Assembly: GCA_963666425.2 (NCBI GenBank) | Contig: OY762825.2 | Location: 1,920,001 to 1,984,000, forward strand | Direction: 5' to 3' | From: Bacillota bacterium | GTDB lineage: Bacteria > Bacillota > JAAYKD01 | DNA length: 64,000 nt | In this document: positions 19,423 through 29,638 of the stretch, one piece after another | How positions within the stretch are numbered: position 1 is the first letter of the stretch | Layout of the letters: every line of letters begins with the position of its first letter | Made by a program: the position numbers and the translations under genes | Notes under the pieces: model-generated | Told to the model about the DNA's origin: nothing | The model's database searches: none | Seen by the model: the letters and a program-made list of their open reading frames with translations, nothing else

Positions 19423-20055
19423 TTACTCAACGATTTCTTCCACTTCTTCAATGAAAGCGCGGATGCGTAAAAAAAGCATGGCTAAGGCGACTGTGTTGTG
19501 TCCGCCCTCCGGAATGATGATATCGGCATATTTGCGGCTGGGCTCCACAAATTTCTCATGCATCGGTTTCACGGTGTTCAGGTATTGCTCGCGGATGGAG
19601 ACCAGACTGCGGCCGCGTTCGTTGATATCACGCTCAATCCGGCGCAGAATGCGGACATCGGCGTCGGTATCAACAAAGACTTTAATATCCAGCATCGCGC
19701 GCAAAGCGGGGTCTTCCAAAATCAGAATGCCATCGATCACGATGACGGGAGTGGACGGGACTAGGATGGCAGCCTGAGAGCGGTTGTGAATCGTAAAATC
19801 ATAAACCGGGCAGTGAATGGTGTTGCCCAGACGCAGCTGTTCGAGATCTTTGACCAAGCGTTCGGTTTCAAAAGCTTCCGGGTGATCGTAATTCAAACGA
19901 CAGCGCTCATCATAGTCTAACTCATCGTGAGCCCGATAATAATTATCATGATAGATGACACAGAGATCGTCACCAAAACGATCCGCCAGACGCCGTGTTA
20001 AGGTCGTTTTACCGGAGCCGGTTCCCCCGGCAACGCCGATAATCAAGGTTTTCAT
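19423..20055 (-). CDS. udk: Uridine kinase
   Basis: GVAGGTGSGKTT, NYDHPEAF, RRIERDINERGR, PMHEKFVEPS. Confidence 0.95.
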   Translation of the reverse strand: MKTLIIGVAGGTGSGKTTLTRRLADRFGDDLCVIYHDNYYRAHDELDYDERCRLNYDHPEAFETERLVKDLEQLRLGNTIHCPVYDFTIHNRSQAAILVPSTPVIVIDGILILEDPALRAMLDIKVFVDTDADVRILRRIERDINERGRSLVSIREQYLNTVKPMHEKFVEPSRKYADIIIPEGGHNTVALAMLFLRIRAFIEEVEEIVE

Positions 20056-20259
20056 CGTATGCAGTCCTTTCCGGCTCCTGAATTTTTGGCAAGTGATGCC
20101 TGCTTTTCAGCTTCTGAACTGAATTATAGCACGTGTTTTGCCAATTACCAACTGCTTTTTTCTATGATCACACCGCTCGTTTTGACGCTATTGCATCAGC
20201 CGGTTTTATGCTATAATAACCTGACAAGCAAAACGAAGGAAGAAAGGGCGTGTATCGTA

Positions 20260-21324
20260 ATGCAAATTGACAGCATTGAAACCCCGGCTTTGATTTTGGA
20301 TCAAAAGAAATTCGAACACAATCTGCAAACCATGATGGACCTGATCAAGGACAGCGGCATGGCGCTCCGGCCGCACTATAAATCGCATAAAAGCGCCGCC
20401 ATTGCCTTAAAACAGATCGAATACGGCGCGAAGGGAATCACCTGTGCCAAATTGAGCGAAGCAGAGGACCTGGCGGACGCCGGTGTGCAGGATATTCTGA
20501 TCGCCAACCAAATTGTGCAGCCTGCGAAACTGAGCCGAGCGGCTTGGCTAGCCAAGCGCTGCCGCCTGACGCTTTGCGTGGATTGCCAGGAGAATATACT
20601 GGCCTTAGCTGCCGCCGCTGTGCTAGCCGATGCGACCGTGCATTGTTATGTTGAATTTGATGTCGGCATGAAGCGCTGCGGGGTGACTAGCTTTGCTGCG
20701 GTGGAACAACTGGCGCGCTGTATCATGGCGCAGCCGCATTTAAGCTTTGACGGGATCCAAGCCTATGCCGGCCAATTGTCGCACGAATACAATGCGGTAA
20801 AGCGGACCAGTGCCTCTGCCTTGACCGATCAAACCTTGGTGGATTTAAAAAAATACCTGGAAGAGCAGGGCATCCCGGTCTTGCAGATCAGCGGCGGCAG
20901 CACGGGTACGGCCTTGTTGAAAGGGAAGCCGCGAATTTACACGGAACTGCAGGCGGGAACTTATATTTTCATGGATGCGTCCTACGGCAAGATGCAGCTG
21001 CCCTTTGAGCAGGCGTTGTTTGTTCTGACGACCGTGATCAGCAGCGGCGAACATTTGGTGATAACCGACGCCGGTGTCAAATCGGTTGGGGTTGACCAGG
21101 GCAATCCGGTCTTCGTCGGTTTTGATCCGGAAGCGCCTGTCAACATGAGCGAAGAGCACGGAGCCATTCGCTTAGAAATAAACAATTGCAAAATCAACGA
21201 TAAGATTTTTTATATTCCCGGTCACAGTTGTACGACAGCGAATTTGCACGACAAGATCTATCTGGTGCAAGGCGACAGAGTCGTCGACCGAATCCTGATT
21301 ACCAGCCGCGGCAAAGCGCAGTAA
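20260..21324 (+). CDS. DSD1 family PLP-dependent enzyme (D-serine dehydratase/D-threonine aldolase-like)
   Basis: TPAL, LRPHYKSHK (PLP lysine), GGSTGT, ELQAGTYIFMD, SEEHG, PGHSCTT. Confidence 0.88.
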   Translation: MQIDSIETPALILDQKKFEHNLQTMMDLIKDSGMALRPHYKSHKSAAIALKQIEYGAKGITCAKLSEAEDLADAGVQDILIANQIVQPAKLSRAAWLAKRCRLTLCVDCQENILALAAAAVLADATVHCYVEFDVGMKRCGVTSFAAVEQLARCIMAQPHLSFDGIQAYAGQLSHEYNAVKRTSASALTDQTLVDLKKYLEEQGIPVLQISGGSTGTALLKGKPRIYTELQAGTYIFMDASYGKMQLPFEQALFVLTTVISSGEHLVITDAGVKSVGVDQGNPVFVGFDPEAPVNMSEEHGAIRLEINNCKINDKIFYIPGHSCTTANLHDKIYLVQGDRVVDRILITSRGKAQ

Positions 21325-21335
21325 ACGGTGCGATC

Positions 21336-22130
21336 ATGCAGAACAACCAACTGAACGCGCAAGAAATCCGAGATTGCCTTCGTGCCGAGTACCGTCAAAT
21401 ACCGATCAGCATTGAGCAGCAGGTTACCTCCACCAATCAGACTGCCAAAGAACAGGCGCTAAACGGCGCTCCACACGGCTCTCTTTGGTTAGCGGAAAGT
21501 CAGACAGCCGGTCGGGGACGCTTGGGCCGCAGCTTTTTTTCACCCAATCAACAGGGAATTTATCTCAGCCTGCTGTTGCGCCGTCAAACGGAACAACAGC
21601 CGCTCTTGCTGCTGACGACTTTAGCAGCCGTCGCGGTCCGGCGTGCGGTAGCTGAAGTTTGCGATATCGCCACCCAGATCAAATGGGTGAATGATATCTA
21701 TCTGCACGACCGCAAATTGGCTGGCATTTTGGCGGAGGGTGTGATCAGCCCGGCGGGAGAATTGACGGCCGTGGTGCTGGGCATCGGGCTGAACTTTTGC
21801 GGCAAGCAGGAAGAATATCCGCCCGAACTGCAGAATGTGCTCACCACCCTCTATCGTGAGGCAGCACCGGTCAGCCGCAATCAACTGATCGCTGCCATTT
21901 TGAATCAGCTTCTGCTGCTGGCCGAGCAACCCGTTCTGCATACGACGGCCCTGCAGGAATACCGAACGCATTCCTGGTTACTGGGGCAGGCGATCACCTG
22001 GCAGGAAAACGGCATCCTTTATAAAGGGATGGCGCTGGATATCGATGCTGCCGGCGGTTTGCTGGTAGCCAAAGAAAATGGAGAACAGCTGACGCTGCGC
22101 AGTGGGGAAGTCACTGTGCGCAAACAATAA
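21336..22130 (+). CDS. birA: Biotin--protein ligase, no N-terminal HTH
   Basis: STN, QTAGRGRLGRSF, IKWVND, KLAGIL, GIGLN, SGEV motifs. Confidence 0.92.
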   Translation: MQNNQLNAQEIRDCLRAEYRQIPISIEQQVTSTNQTAKEQALNGAPHGSLWLAESQTAGRGRLGRSFFSPNQQGIYLSLLLRRQTEQQPLLLLTTLAAVAVRRAVAEVCDIATQIKWVNDIYLHDRKLAGILAEGVISPAGELTAVVLGIGLNFCGKQEEYPPELQNVLTTLYREAAPVSRNQLIAAILNQLLLLAEQPVLHTTALQEYRTHSWLLGQAITWQENGILYKGMALDIDAAGGLLVAKENGEQLTLRSGEVTVRKQ

Positions 22131-22182
22131 AAAGGGCCGCATCGATTCCGAAAATAAGGAGTCGATGCGGTCTTTTGCTGGC

Positions 22183-23364
22183 TTACTGCAGGGTACCGTT
22201 GCCTTCCCGGGAGATGAATACGGTATCGTCGCGGATGAAAAGAATCACGTCCGGTTGATAAGCTGCGACATAGTCGTAAACGGAATGCCAATTATAATGA
22301 CGCAAATCAAGGCTGCGTGTCTGATTGAAATGAGCATAAAATAAAGGTTCCAGGGCGTTGGTATAAGAGTCGCCGATGATCAGCAGATTGGGTAATTCCG
22401 GACGATCAGTCAACAGAATCGTCTCCGGATGATCGCCGCCCATATAGATTGTATAGAAGGCATCTTCTTCCTGGGTTGCCGGCCTGTCAATCAGTGGTGT
22501 GTCGTCTGGAGCCCACATTTCCAGTCTGGTATAAGCCGGCGTCTCCGGTAAGCTGACATAAATCAAGGGGTCCTGCAAGTTGCTTAAGCCGAAGAGGGCG
22601 CGGTAACGGGTTCCCATCAAGCGATTGGGCAGCTCTTCCCAGCTCAAATCCTGTTCTAAAAGCGGCTCAATCGCGAGATTGGTCGTCTGATTAATCCGGT
22701 CAATGATCTGACGGTAAACAGAAAAGGCACCGTAAAGAGTATAGTGGTGATCTGTTTTGTGATAGAGCGGGTAAGTCCCATCAGAAGGGAACTTTTTCGT
22801 GAGATCAAGTACATCAATGCCAATCTTTTGCATCGCATCAAACAGCAGGGCAGCATTGCGCCGCGTGAAATCCAGATGATTGTCTAAATACCAGGGATAT
22901 TTGTCAGCAAAGTAAGTGGCTTGGCTGGCTATACCGGTAAAGAGGATCTTGCCGCCATAACTGTCTGTGATCGCTTTCATTTTTGCCCATTCCGTCTGCA
23001 TGACAGCGACGTCCGTGACAGCATCATCGTAGGATTCGTCTTTGGCTGTATCATTGTAAGGCAGTAATACTTCATCGGTGATCACAATATCATTAACGAC
23101 TGGCTTATGCAGAAAAAGCTGCAGCCGGGTATAGCTGCGCATCAGCGACTCCCTCAAAATGAAATGATCACTCAAAGCGGCTTCCAATTGCGGAAAATAC
23201 GTATTGTTCAGCAGCGCAGTCCAGCTGAATTCCGGAAAGGGCTGCAAGCTGCGGTATTCGTAATAGGCAACCTCGCTTGCGGTGATTTGCGGACCGAAAA
23301 TCATTACGGCAAACAAGAGCATCAGGAAACCAAAAATAAAAAACCGATTGCGGGTGGATGTCAT
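22183..23364 (-). CDS. DHHW family / AlgJ-like SGNH O-acetyltransferase
   Basis: N-terminal TM, YHKTDHHYT and GDSY motifs; downstream of an MBOAT gene. Confidence 0.85.
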   Translation of the reverse strand: MTSTRNRFFIFGFLMLLFAVMIFGPQITASEVAYYEYRSLQPFPEFSWTALLNNTYFPQLEAALSDHFILRESLMRSYTRLQLFLHKPVVNDIVITDEVLLPYNDTAKDESYDDAVTDVAVMQTEWAKMKAITDSYGGKILFTGIASQATYFADKYPWYLDNHLDFTRRNAALLFDAMQKIGIDVLDLTKKFPSDGTYPLYHKTDHHYTLYGAFSVYRQIIDRINQTTNLAIEPLLEQDLSWEELPNRLMGTRYRALFGLSNLQDPLIYVSLPETPAYTRLEMWAPDDTPLIDRPATQEEDAFYTIYMGGDHPETILLTDRPELPNLLIIGDSYTNALEPLFYAHFNQTRSLDLRHYNWHSVYDYVAAYQPDVILFIRDDTVFISREGNGTLQ

Positions 23365-23424
23365 AGCGGGAAATCACTTCTTTCTCTGCCCCGTTTTGTC
23401 AGTTTAGCAGTAAACAGGTATTGC

Positions 23425-24846
23425 CTAGAAACGGAAATAAATGAAGGGATTATAATTACTGCGAATCAAATAGACGGTAGAGACGACCAACAACAGCAGC
23501 AATGCCAAATCCGCCGCATGGGAAAGCCAGCGTTGTAGATTCAAATCGATCCGTTTTTGGTAGGAAGAAGACAGAATTTCCTGCCAGGGAATGCAGGCCA
23601 AAATAGAAAGCAACAGAACGAGGCCATATTGGTAGAGATAATAGACCGTCTGTTTGTTCCAGAACGGAGTCGCAATGCCAAAGAGATTGCGCAGTAAACC
23701 GGAGAGAGCAGATAAATCTGTGGTATAGAACATGGTCCAGCCCATCATCACCAAAAACAACATATAGATTGTCTGGAAGGGACGGCGTAAATGGCTGAGG
23801 AAACGTCCCCAAACATACTTTTCCATCAGCAGCAAGATGCCAAAATAGCTACCCCAGAGCACGAAATTCCAAGAAGCACCGTGCCAGGCACCGGTAAGTA
23901 CCCAAACCAGCATGACATTGAAGATATTCCGTCCGATGGAGACATAATTGCCGCCCAGAGGGATATAGACATAATCGCGGAACCAGGTGCTGAGCGAAAT
24001 ATGCCAGCGCCGCCAAAATTCCGTGATGGAACGCGAAATATAGGGGTAATTAAAATTCTCCGGAAAGGTAAAACCAAACATGCGGCCGAGACCGATGGCC
24101 ATATCGGAATAGCCAGAAAAGTCGAAATAGATTTGCATACTGTAAGCCAGTAAACCGATCCAGGCGGTGGCAGTGACCAGGGAACCGGCAGGCTTCCTCA
24201 AAATCTCATCGCCTAAAGCACCCAAGGTGTTGGCCAGAATGATTTTTTTAGCCAGGCCAATGATAAAACGCCGTACACCGGAGGCGAATAAATCACCGCT
24301 TTCCTGACGTTTCCGCACCTGCCAGGCAAAGATATCATAGCGGACAATCGGACCGGCAATCAATTGAGAGAAGAAAGCGATGTAAAGCATCAAATCCAAG
24401 AGATTGCGCTGCGCATCAGCCTTGCCGCTGCGCACATCCAACAGGTAACTCAAACCCTGAAAGGTATAAAAAGAGATACCGATTGGTAAGGCGATGTTGG
24501 GTAAGGTGCCGCTTGTCCCCAGCAAAGAAAACCAGCTGCCGACCAAAAAGGCAGCATATTTATAATAAATCAACAAGCCAAGGTTGATGGTTATCGCGAG
24601 GAAGGTAACATAATACTTGCCAGTGCGCTCCCGCTCTTGCTCGATCGCTAAACCAAGGAAATAATTGATCACAACAGAAGCCAGCATCACAATGATGTGA
24701 GTTGGTTCACCATAGGCATAAAAAAACAGGCTCCAGATCAGAAGCGCAAAGTTACGCCAGGATAGCCATTTGGCGGGGATCAGAAAGTAGAGTAAAAAAA
24801 GGGAAGGTAAAAAATAAAATAAAAAAATGACGCTGCTGAAAACCAT
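23425..24846 (-). CDS. MBOAT family O-acyltransferase (AlgI/PatA-like)
   Basis: LPIGISFYTFQ, YFDFSGYSDMAIG, EFWRRWHISLS, GAWHGA, NPFIYFRF. Confidence 0.95.
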   Translation of the reverse strand: MVFSSVIFLFYFLPSLFLLYFLIPAKWLSWRNFALLIWSLFFYAYGEPTHIIVMLASVVINYFLGLAIEQERERTGKYYVTFLAITINLGLLIYYKYAAFLVGSWFSLLGTSGTLPNIALPIGISFYTFQGLSYLLDVRSGKADAQRNLLDLMLYIAFFSQLIAGPIVRYDIFAWQVRKRQESGDLFASGVRRFIIGLAKKIILANTLGALGDEILRKPAGSLVTATAWIGLLAYSMQIYFDFSGYSDMAIGLGRMFGFTFPENFNYPYISRSITEFWRRWHISLSTWFRDYVYIPLGGNYVSIGRNIFNVMLVWVLTGAWHGASWNFVLWGSYFGILLLMEKYVWGRFLSHLRRPFQTIYMLFLVMMGWTMFYTTDLSALSGLLRNLFGIATPFWNKQTVYYLYQYGLVLLLSILACIPWQEILSSSYQKRIDLNLQRWLSHAADLALLLLLVVSTVYLIRSNYNPFIYFRF

Positions 24847-25086
24847 ATTAAGCTCCTTTGGGCTGCAATGTAACAAAATAGTATCATGTACTATATCATA
24901 TCAATTCTGAAATGACAACCAACAGAATTTGAAAAAATTTGTGTTTCCTGGTCAAACATACAGCGGAATCAGCGTCAAATATGGGAAATAATGTGCTCAG
25001 CAGCCAATCGGTAAACTAAAATCTTGTGTCTTTGTCCAAAAAGTGCTATAATTAATCTATTAAAAATGTTTGAGAGCAGGGAGAGT

Positions 25087-25476
25087 ATGGCTAAAATCAG
25101 CGCATCGGGTCAGGATTATCTCGAGGCCTTATTAGAGTTATCGGGAGGTATGCATCCCGTTCGCTCCATCGATTTGGCCAACCGGATCGGAGTGTCCCGC
25201 GCGAGTGTCAACAAAGCAATTGGCGTTTTAAAAAACAGTGGTTTTGTCTTGCAGGAGCGTTATTCCGATATCATTCTGACCGAAGAGGGCATCAGTGCAG
25301 CCAAAGCGGTGCGCAAGCGCCATACCGTTTTAAAGACTTTTTTACAGAGCGCTTTGCAGGTTGGTGCCAAAAATGCCGAAGAGGATGCCTGTAAAATGGA
25401 ACATGTGATCAGTGTGGAAACCCTGGAAAAATTACAGAACTTTCTGGTTTTGCAGGGTATGTTAAAAAAAGAATGA
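25087..25476 (+). CDS. DtxR/MntR family metal-dependent regulator
   Basis: QDYLEA, SRASV, RKRH, AEEDACKMEHVIS. Confidence 0.9.
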   Translation: MAKISASGQDYLEALLELSGGMHPVRSIDLANRIGVSRASVNKAIGVLKNSGFVLQERYSDIILTEEGISAAKAVRKRHTVLKTFLQSALQVGAKNAEEDACKMEHVISVETLEKLQNFLVLQGMLKKE

Positions 25477-25551
25477 AAAAAGGCTGCCGAATGGCAGTCT
25501 TTTTCATTCTTTTTTGCGTGTGGAATCCGCTTTTTCTGTCTGGGAAAGCGG

Positions 25552-27306
25552 TTACCGGTGTTCCTGGCGGCAGAGCGCATCCAGCCAGGCTTGTTCATAC
25601 ACTTGCTGCGGCCAGCTTGCCTGCGCCAGGGGGCGGCCCCGCAGATCCAGCATCAAACCGCTTAAGCCACCGCGGACGGTGACGCGCAGTTTGTCCAGCG
25701 GCCATCTGGCGCCGTTATGAGCGGAAATTTGCAGTTGGACCGTTTCTTCTTTGCTGAGTGGAACGGCCAGTAATTCACCCCAGTGCCCTTCCACTTTGAT
25801 TTCACGGCCACTGTCCGTTTTGCCCTGCACAATCAGGGCGGTTTGCCCGAGTACTCCGCTGCCTGCCGGTGCCAATGCACAGCCGAGCGGAATCAGGCAT
25901 TCCCTTTCTAAGATATCCAGCGCCCCAACTTCATCGTTCTGCGAGAAAATTCCCAGGTGCGGCAGCATAAAGACCGAATCGACCATCAGTTCGGTCACGC
26001 CTTCCGGCTGAAAAGCATCCAGCAGCATCGCTGCGGCTTGTCCACGTTCCGGCGCATTGGAGAGGACACCGCCGGAGCCGATGATGGTATCGAAAACATC
26101 AATGGAGAGTTCCTGGCTGGCATCGGTTAAGCCATTGGAGAAGAGACCTTTGGGTTTCTGAATCTTGGCAATGGCGCGGTGATCTTCAAAAGAGAGCCGC
26201 AGCGCTTCGCGGCCGGCAGCCTGTTCTACCTGCAAGTCTTCCGCTGTGGCGGGAATGGTGGTGGGATAAATCAATTTATTACCGATCCGGTTCATCATCG
26301 CCGCTGCTGTCAGATTTTGATTGGGCAGCCAGCGCATCAGATTTTCCACACCGGCGGTCGTGGCAACGTTGCCGATGCTGTAACTCATCCCGTAATTGGC
26401 GCTGACCGTGCGCACATAAAAACCATTGACGACGGAAAAAACATCGGTGGTGGCGCCACCGATATCGACGCAGAGAATATTCTTGCGCCGATGACTGGCG
26501 TAGCGCATCAGGATTTCACCGACTGCGGTAGGCGTCGGCATTAAGGGCGTCGTGGTGATTTCCTTGAGCCGGGCATAACCGGGAGCATGCGACATGACAT
26601 GCTCGATGAACAATTCATGAATCGCTTCTCTGGTCGGCGTCAGGTTCTCTTCCTGAAAAGAAGGCCGCAGATTATCGACCACTTTTAAAGCGAATTGCTC
26701 ACCCAAGAGATCCTCCACCAAATCAACGGCTTTCGAGGTACCGGCATAGATGATGGGCAGGGTGTACTGATAACCGAATTTTGGTTTTGGCTGAGCCGAA
26801 CGGATAAAATCGCACATTTCGATGATGAAAGAACCCGGCTCGGCGCCTTCTACACCGCCGGACAAGAGAATCATGTCTGGACGCAGGGTACGCAGGCGTT
26901 CCATGCGTTGGAAGAGTGTCCGCCCGTCATCCGCAGCAAAGACATCCAAAAGCACAGCGCCGCCGCCCAACGCGGCTCGCTGAGCGCTTTCCGCCGAAAT
27001 ACGGCTGACATGTCCGCAGACGACCATTTGCAGGCCGCCGCCGGCAGAACTGGTGGAGAGATACTGATCGGTGGTTGGCGTCAGTCCTTGACCGGTATCC
27101 TGCAGAAGTTTGCGGCCGCTGCGGTCTTCCAGCATCTGGATCGCACGCAGGACGCCAATCATCACGTCGGCGTAAGGCGCTTCTACGGTAGTAGCCGATT
27201 CTCCCCGGCTGAGCAGGTGCCACTTATTTTCTATTTTTTCAAACAACAGCGCTTTGGTGGTTGTGCTGCCAACATCGGTGATAATTATGGTTTCATGCTC
27301 GGACAT
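25552..27306 (-). CDS. GlmL/MutL (glutamate mutase L)-family actin-fold ATPase with C-terminal extension
   Basis: DVGSTTTK, TTVEAP, SSAGGGL, MPTP, DIGGATTDVFS, RTVSANYGMSYS, GSGGVLS, DLRGRP motifs. Confidence 0.85.
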   Translation of the reverse strand: MSEHETIIITDVGSTTTKALLFEKIENKWHLLSRGESATTVEAPYADVMIGVLRAIQMLEDRSGRKLLQDTGQGLTPTTDQYLSTSSAGGGLQMVVCGHVSRISAESAQRAALGGGAVLLDVFAADDGRTLFQRMERLRTLRPDMILLSGGVEGAEPGSFIIEMCDFIRSAQPKPKFGYQYTLPIIYAGTSKAVDLVEDLLGEQFALKVVDNLRPSFQEENLTPTREAIHELFIEHVMSHAPGYARLKEITTTPLMPTPTAVGEILMRYASHRRKNILCVDIGGATTDVFSVVNGFYVRTVSANYGMSYSIGNVATTAGVENLMRWLPNQNLTAAAMMNRIGNKLIYPTTIPATAEDLQVEQAAGREALRLSFEDHRAIAKIQKPKGLFSNGLTDASQELSIDVFDTIIGSGGVLSNAPERGQAAAMLLDAFQPEGVTELMVDSVFMLPHLGIFSQNDEVGALDILERECLIPLGCALAPAGSGVLGQTALIVQGKTDSGREIKVEGHWGELLAVPLSKEETVQLQISAHNGARWPLDKLRVTVRGGLSGLMLDLRGRPLAQASWPQQVYEQAWLDALCRQEHR

Positions 27307-28133
27307 GCTACAGCCACTCCTTTCGCATTTTGTTGCTCAGAATATTGATACTTTTCCCAAAAAGCCTCATGATCTCCATACAAGACCAGACTGCCTTTGA
27401 ATTGAACACTTTTCTTACCAAAACCGAAGCGACCGAGAAAACTGGTTTGCTGCTGTTCCAGCTCCAGCAAATGATTTTCCTGCAGCTTTTGCCAAAGGGC
27501 AGCGGCGATTTCCTGAAAGAGCGAAACCAATTGCTGCGCTGTGAAGGATTGTTCCGCCGCCTGGCGGACAGTTAGGCTGACTTTTTCCCGCAGCAATTCG
27601 GCAGCGAAGGACCAGGCAACCCATTGCGCCGCCAACTGTCCTGTGCTGATGCGGGGAATTGCCACAGCGACATCATTGCTGGCGGTATAACCAAAATGAT
27701 ACAAAATGTCGTTGCCTTTACTGTAGACTACTAATTTTCCCGCTTCATCCATTGTCCGCATCATCTGCATAAAGGCAGGCTGCCGCAGTTCTCCCAGCAG
27801 TTTCTGATTTTGCACCAGGCCGGGCGCCTGAATATGGATCAAAGCCACCTTGCTGCCATAAGGTAGGCCCAGGCAAAGCCAGGGCACCGGGTGGCTGGAT
27901 GCGTCTTTCAGATCGGTTGCCTGCAGCTTCTCCGGGATCGGACAACCGGCTGCTGCACAAGCCTGCAGCCAGAGCGGCCAGAGCTGCATTTGGATTCCGG
28001 CGAATCCGACCAAGCCGCTGAAGAGGGCGGCATCGGCAGGGAATTTTTCTTGTTTTATTTTCAGCAGCGCAGGCGTCCAGAGCTCAGCGAAAGTCCCCAC
28101 TGCTGCATCTTTATCCAATATCAAAGTGATCAC
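27285..28133 (-). CDS. Hypothetical protein, coupled to the GlmL-like gene
   Basis: 282-aa ORF starting 1 nt after the upstream stop and overlapping the glmL-like start; no recognised motif. Confidence 0.65.
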   Translation of the reverse strand: MITLILDKDAAVGTFAELWTPALLKIKQEKFPADAALFSGLVGFAGIQMQLWPLWLQACAAAGCPIPEKLQATDLKDASSHPVPWLCLGLPYGSKVALIHIQAPGLVQNQKLLGELRQPAFMQMMRTMDEAGKLVVYSKGNDILYHFGYTASNDVAVAIPRISTGQLAAQWVAWSFAAELLREKVSLTVRQAAEQSFTAQQLVSLFQEIAAALWQKLQENHLLELEQQQTSFLGRFGFGKKSVQFKGSLVLYGDHEAFWEKYQYSEQQNAKGVAVACPSMKP

Positions 28134-28134
28134 C

Positions 28135-29427
28135 TCATAATTTCTGGCAATTCTGTACCGGTACCGCCAGGCATTCGCCCTGATCCAATTGAATCAAAGC
28201 AAGCGAGGCATTGGTCCCGGCAGCGGTTGCCTGTAAATCTGCACTAATGGCAGTGACGCGGCCGATTGAGCCAAAATGCGGTTCGCGGATCAGAATCACT
28301 GCGTCATTCACCTGCAGATTCAAGGCGGCAGGCGGAGCTGTTTTTGTCTCAGGCGGGATTTCTTCGGCCAAAGAGATGAGAATTTCCGGCCGAATCACTC
28401 CGGCGCGCAGCTGAGTACTGCCATCGATGGCGGTGAGCATACCGGCGTGCTCGGCCATGGCTTGATAAGCACTTTCTGGCATTGGACTGCCAAATCCCTG
28501 CATCATAATCAAAGTAAAGGGCAGTTCCATGCGTTGTCCCATGATCATTAAGGGTTCTTCGTGGCTGAATTGACGCAGAACCTCCTGGTCTAGGCTGCCT
28601 ACGACTAAACCGCTGATTTCGAGTTGTTCCAACTGACGCAGAGCTGCCAGTGTAACACCGCCACGCGCCAAGACGACACAGCCCTTGACATCATCAGGAA
28701 TATCATTGACGTCCAGATCACGTTCATCCGCTAATAGAGGCCGCAGCGGACCGACCCGTTCACTGCCAAATCCCATCACACCCTGAAAACGGTAACCAAA
28801 GCTTTCAATGACCAAAGTGCCAGTCTCCGATATTTCTTTGACCACGCCATCCAAGTGGGCCAGTAATTCGGTCGGCTGATAAAGCGGTACTAAAATCATA
28901 TAACCTTCCGTGTTGGAGATTTCCCGGATTTTACCGACGGCCGGTGCAAGAAGCGGCGGTTTCAGATTGGTAATCAAAACCCTGCCCCGATCGACAACGG
29001 TGCCTTGTTTGACAGTGATGCCGGCAGCAAAGGCGAGTTTTGACATGCCAAGTTCATCTGCCCGATACCAGATGGGATCTTTGGGTCCGGCCGGCAAAGG
29101 TTCGCGGATGAAAACGTTGCCCAAAAAGCGCGAAATCAAGGCGATATAACCGGAAGTCGGACTGAAGAGTTGGGTACTCGTATAAAACTCCCGATTTTCT
29201 GCCAGCATCTCACCCTGATTGATCCACTGATTCAAACTTTTTGTCATCTTCTTTTGAATGTTTTGCGGGTCGATGCCTAAGACATCTGCGACATTGCAGC
29301 GCACCATCTGACCGGGGATGTAGTCGAGTTTTCCAATCACATCATCATGCCGCACGTGCTGGCCGGGTTTTGCCAGTAATTGACCTTGTGCCACTAAACG
29401 GCGGGTAACTTGTAGCTTTTCTTTCAA
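28135..29427 (-). CDS. Hypothetical protein with repeated barrel-sandwich-hybrid (lipoyl-like) segments and a KOW-like C-terminus
   Basis: TTG start after AGGAGG; repeats such as AKPGQHVRHDDVIG, VKQGTVVDRGRVL, SPTSGYI, APAVGKI; G.TQLRAGVIRPEI; C-terminal REPHFGSIGRV. Confidence 0.75.
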   Translation of the reverse strand: MKEKLQVTRRLVAQGQLLAKPGQHVRHDDVIGKLDYIPGQMVRCNVADVLGIDPQNIQKKMTKSLNQWINQGEMLAENREFYTSTQLFSPTSGYIALISRFLGNVFIREPLPAGPKDPIWYRADELGMSKLAFAAGITVKQGTVVDRGRVLITNLKPPLLAPAVGKIREISNTEGYMILVPLYQPTELLAHLDGVVKEISETGTLVIESFGYRFQGVMGFGSERVGPLRPLLADERDLDVNDIPDDVKGCVVLARGGVTLAALRQLEQLEISGLVVGSLDQEVLRQFSHEEPLMIMGQRMELPFTLIMMQGFGSPMPESAYQAMAEHAGMLTAIDGSTQLRAGVIRPEILISLAEEIPPETKTAPPAALNLQVNDAVILIREPHFGSIGRVTAISADLQATAAGTNASLALIQLDQGECLAVPVQNCQKL

Positions 29428-29638
29428 GCAAAAAACCTCCTGAAGTCTCGAGACTCTGCCGAAATAGAGAGCTGCCCTGCAGCCGGAATAATTCCTTCTA
29501 TAATAGAAGAAATGTAACACAGATTATTCGCTTTGACAAGGTTTTTTTATGGCAATTTCTGATATAATATGGATATCCGCAAATGTTTTTTTCAAATTTG
29601 ACCGCGTGATTTTGCCAACGAAAGGCCGGGCTGATAGG

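Noticed and set aside
20260-22130. Functional link between the DSD1-like enzyme and birA
   Set aside because: Only adjacency supports it; no shared pathway is evident.
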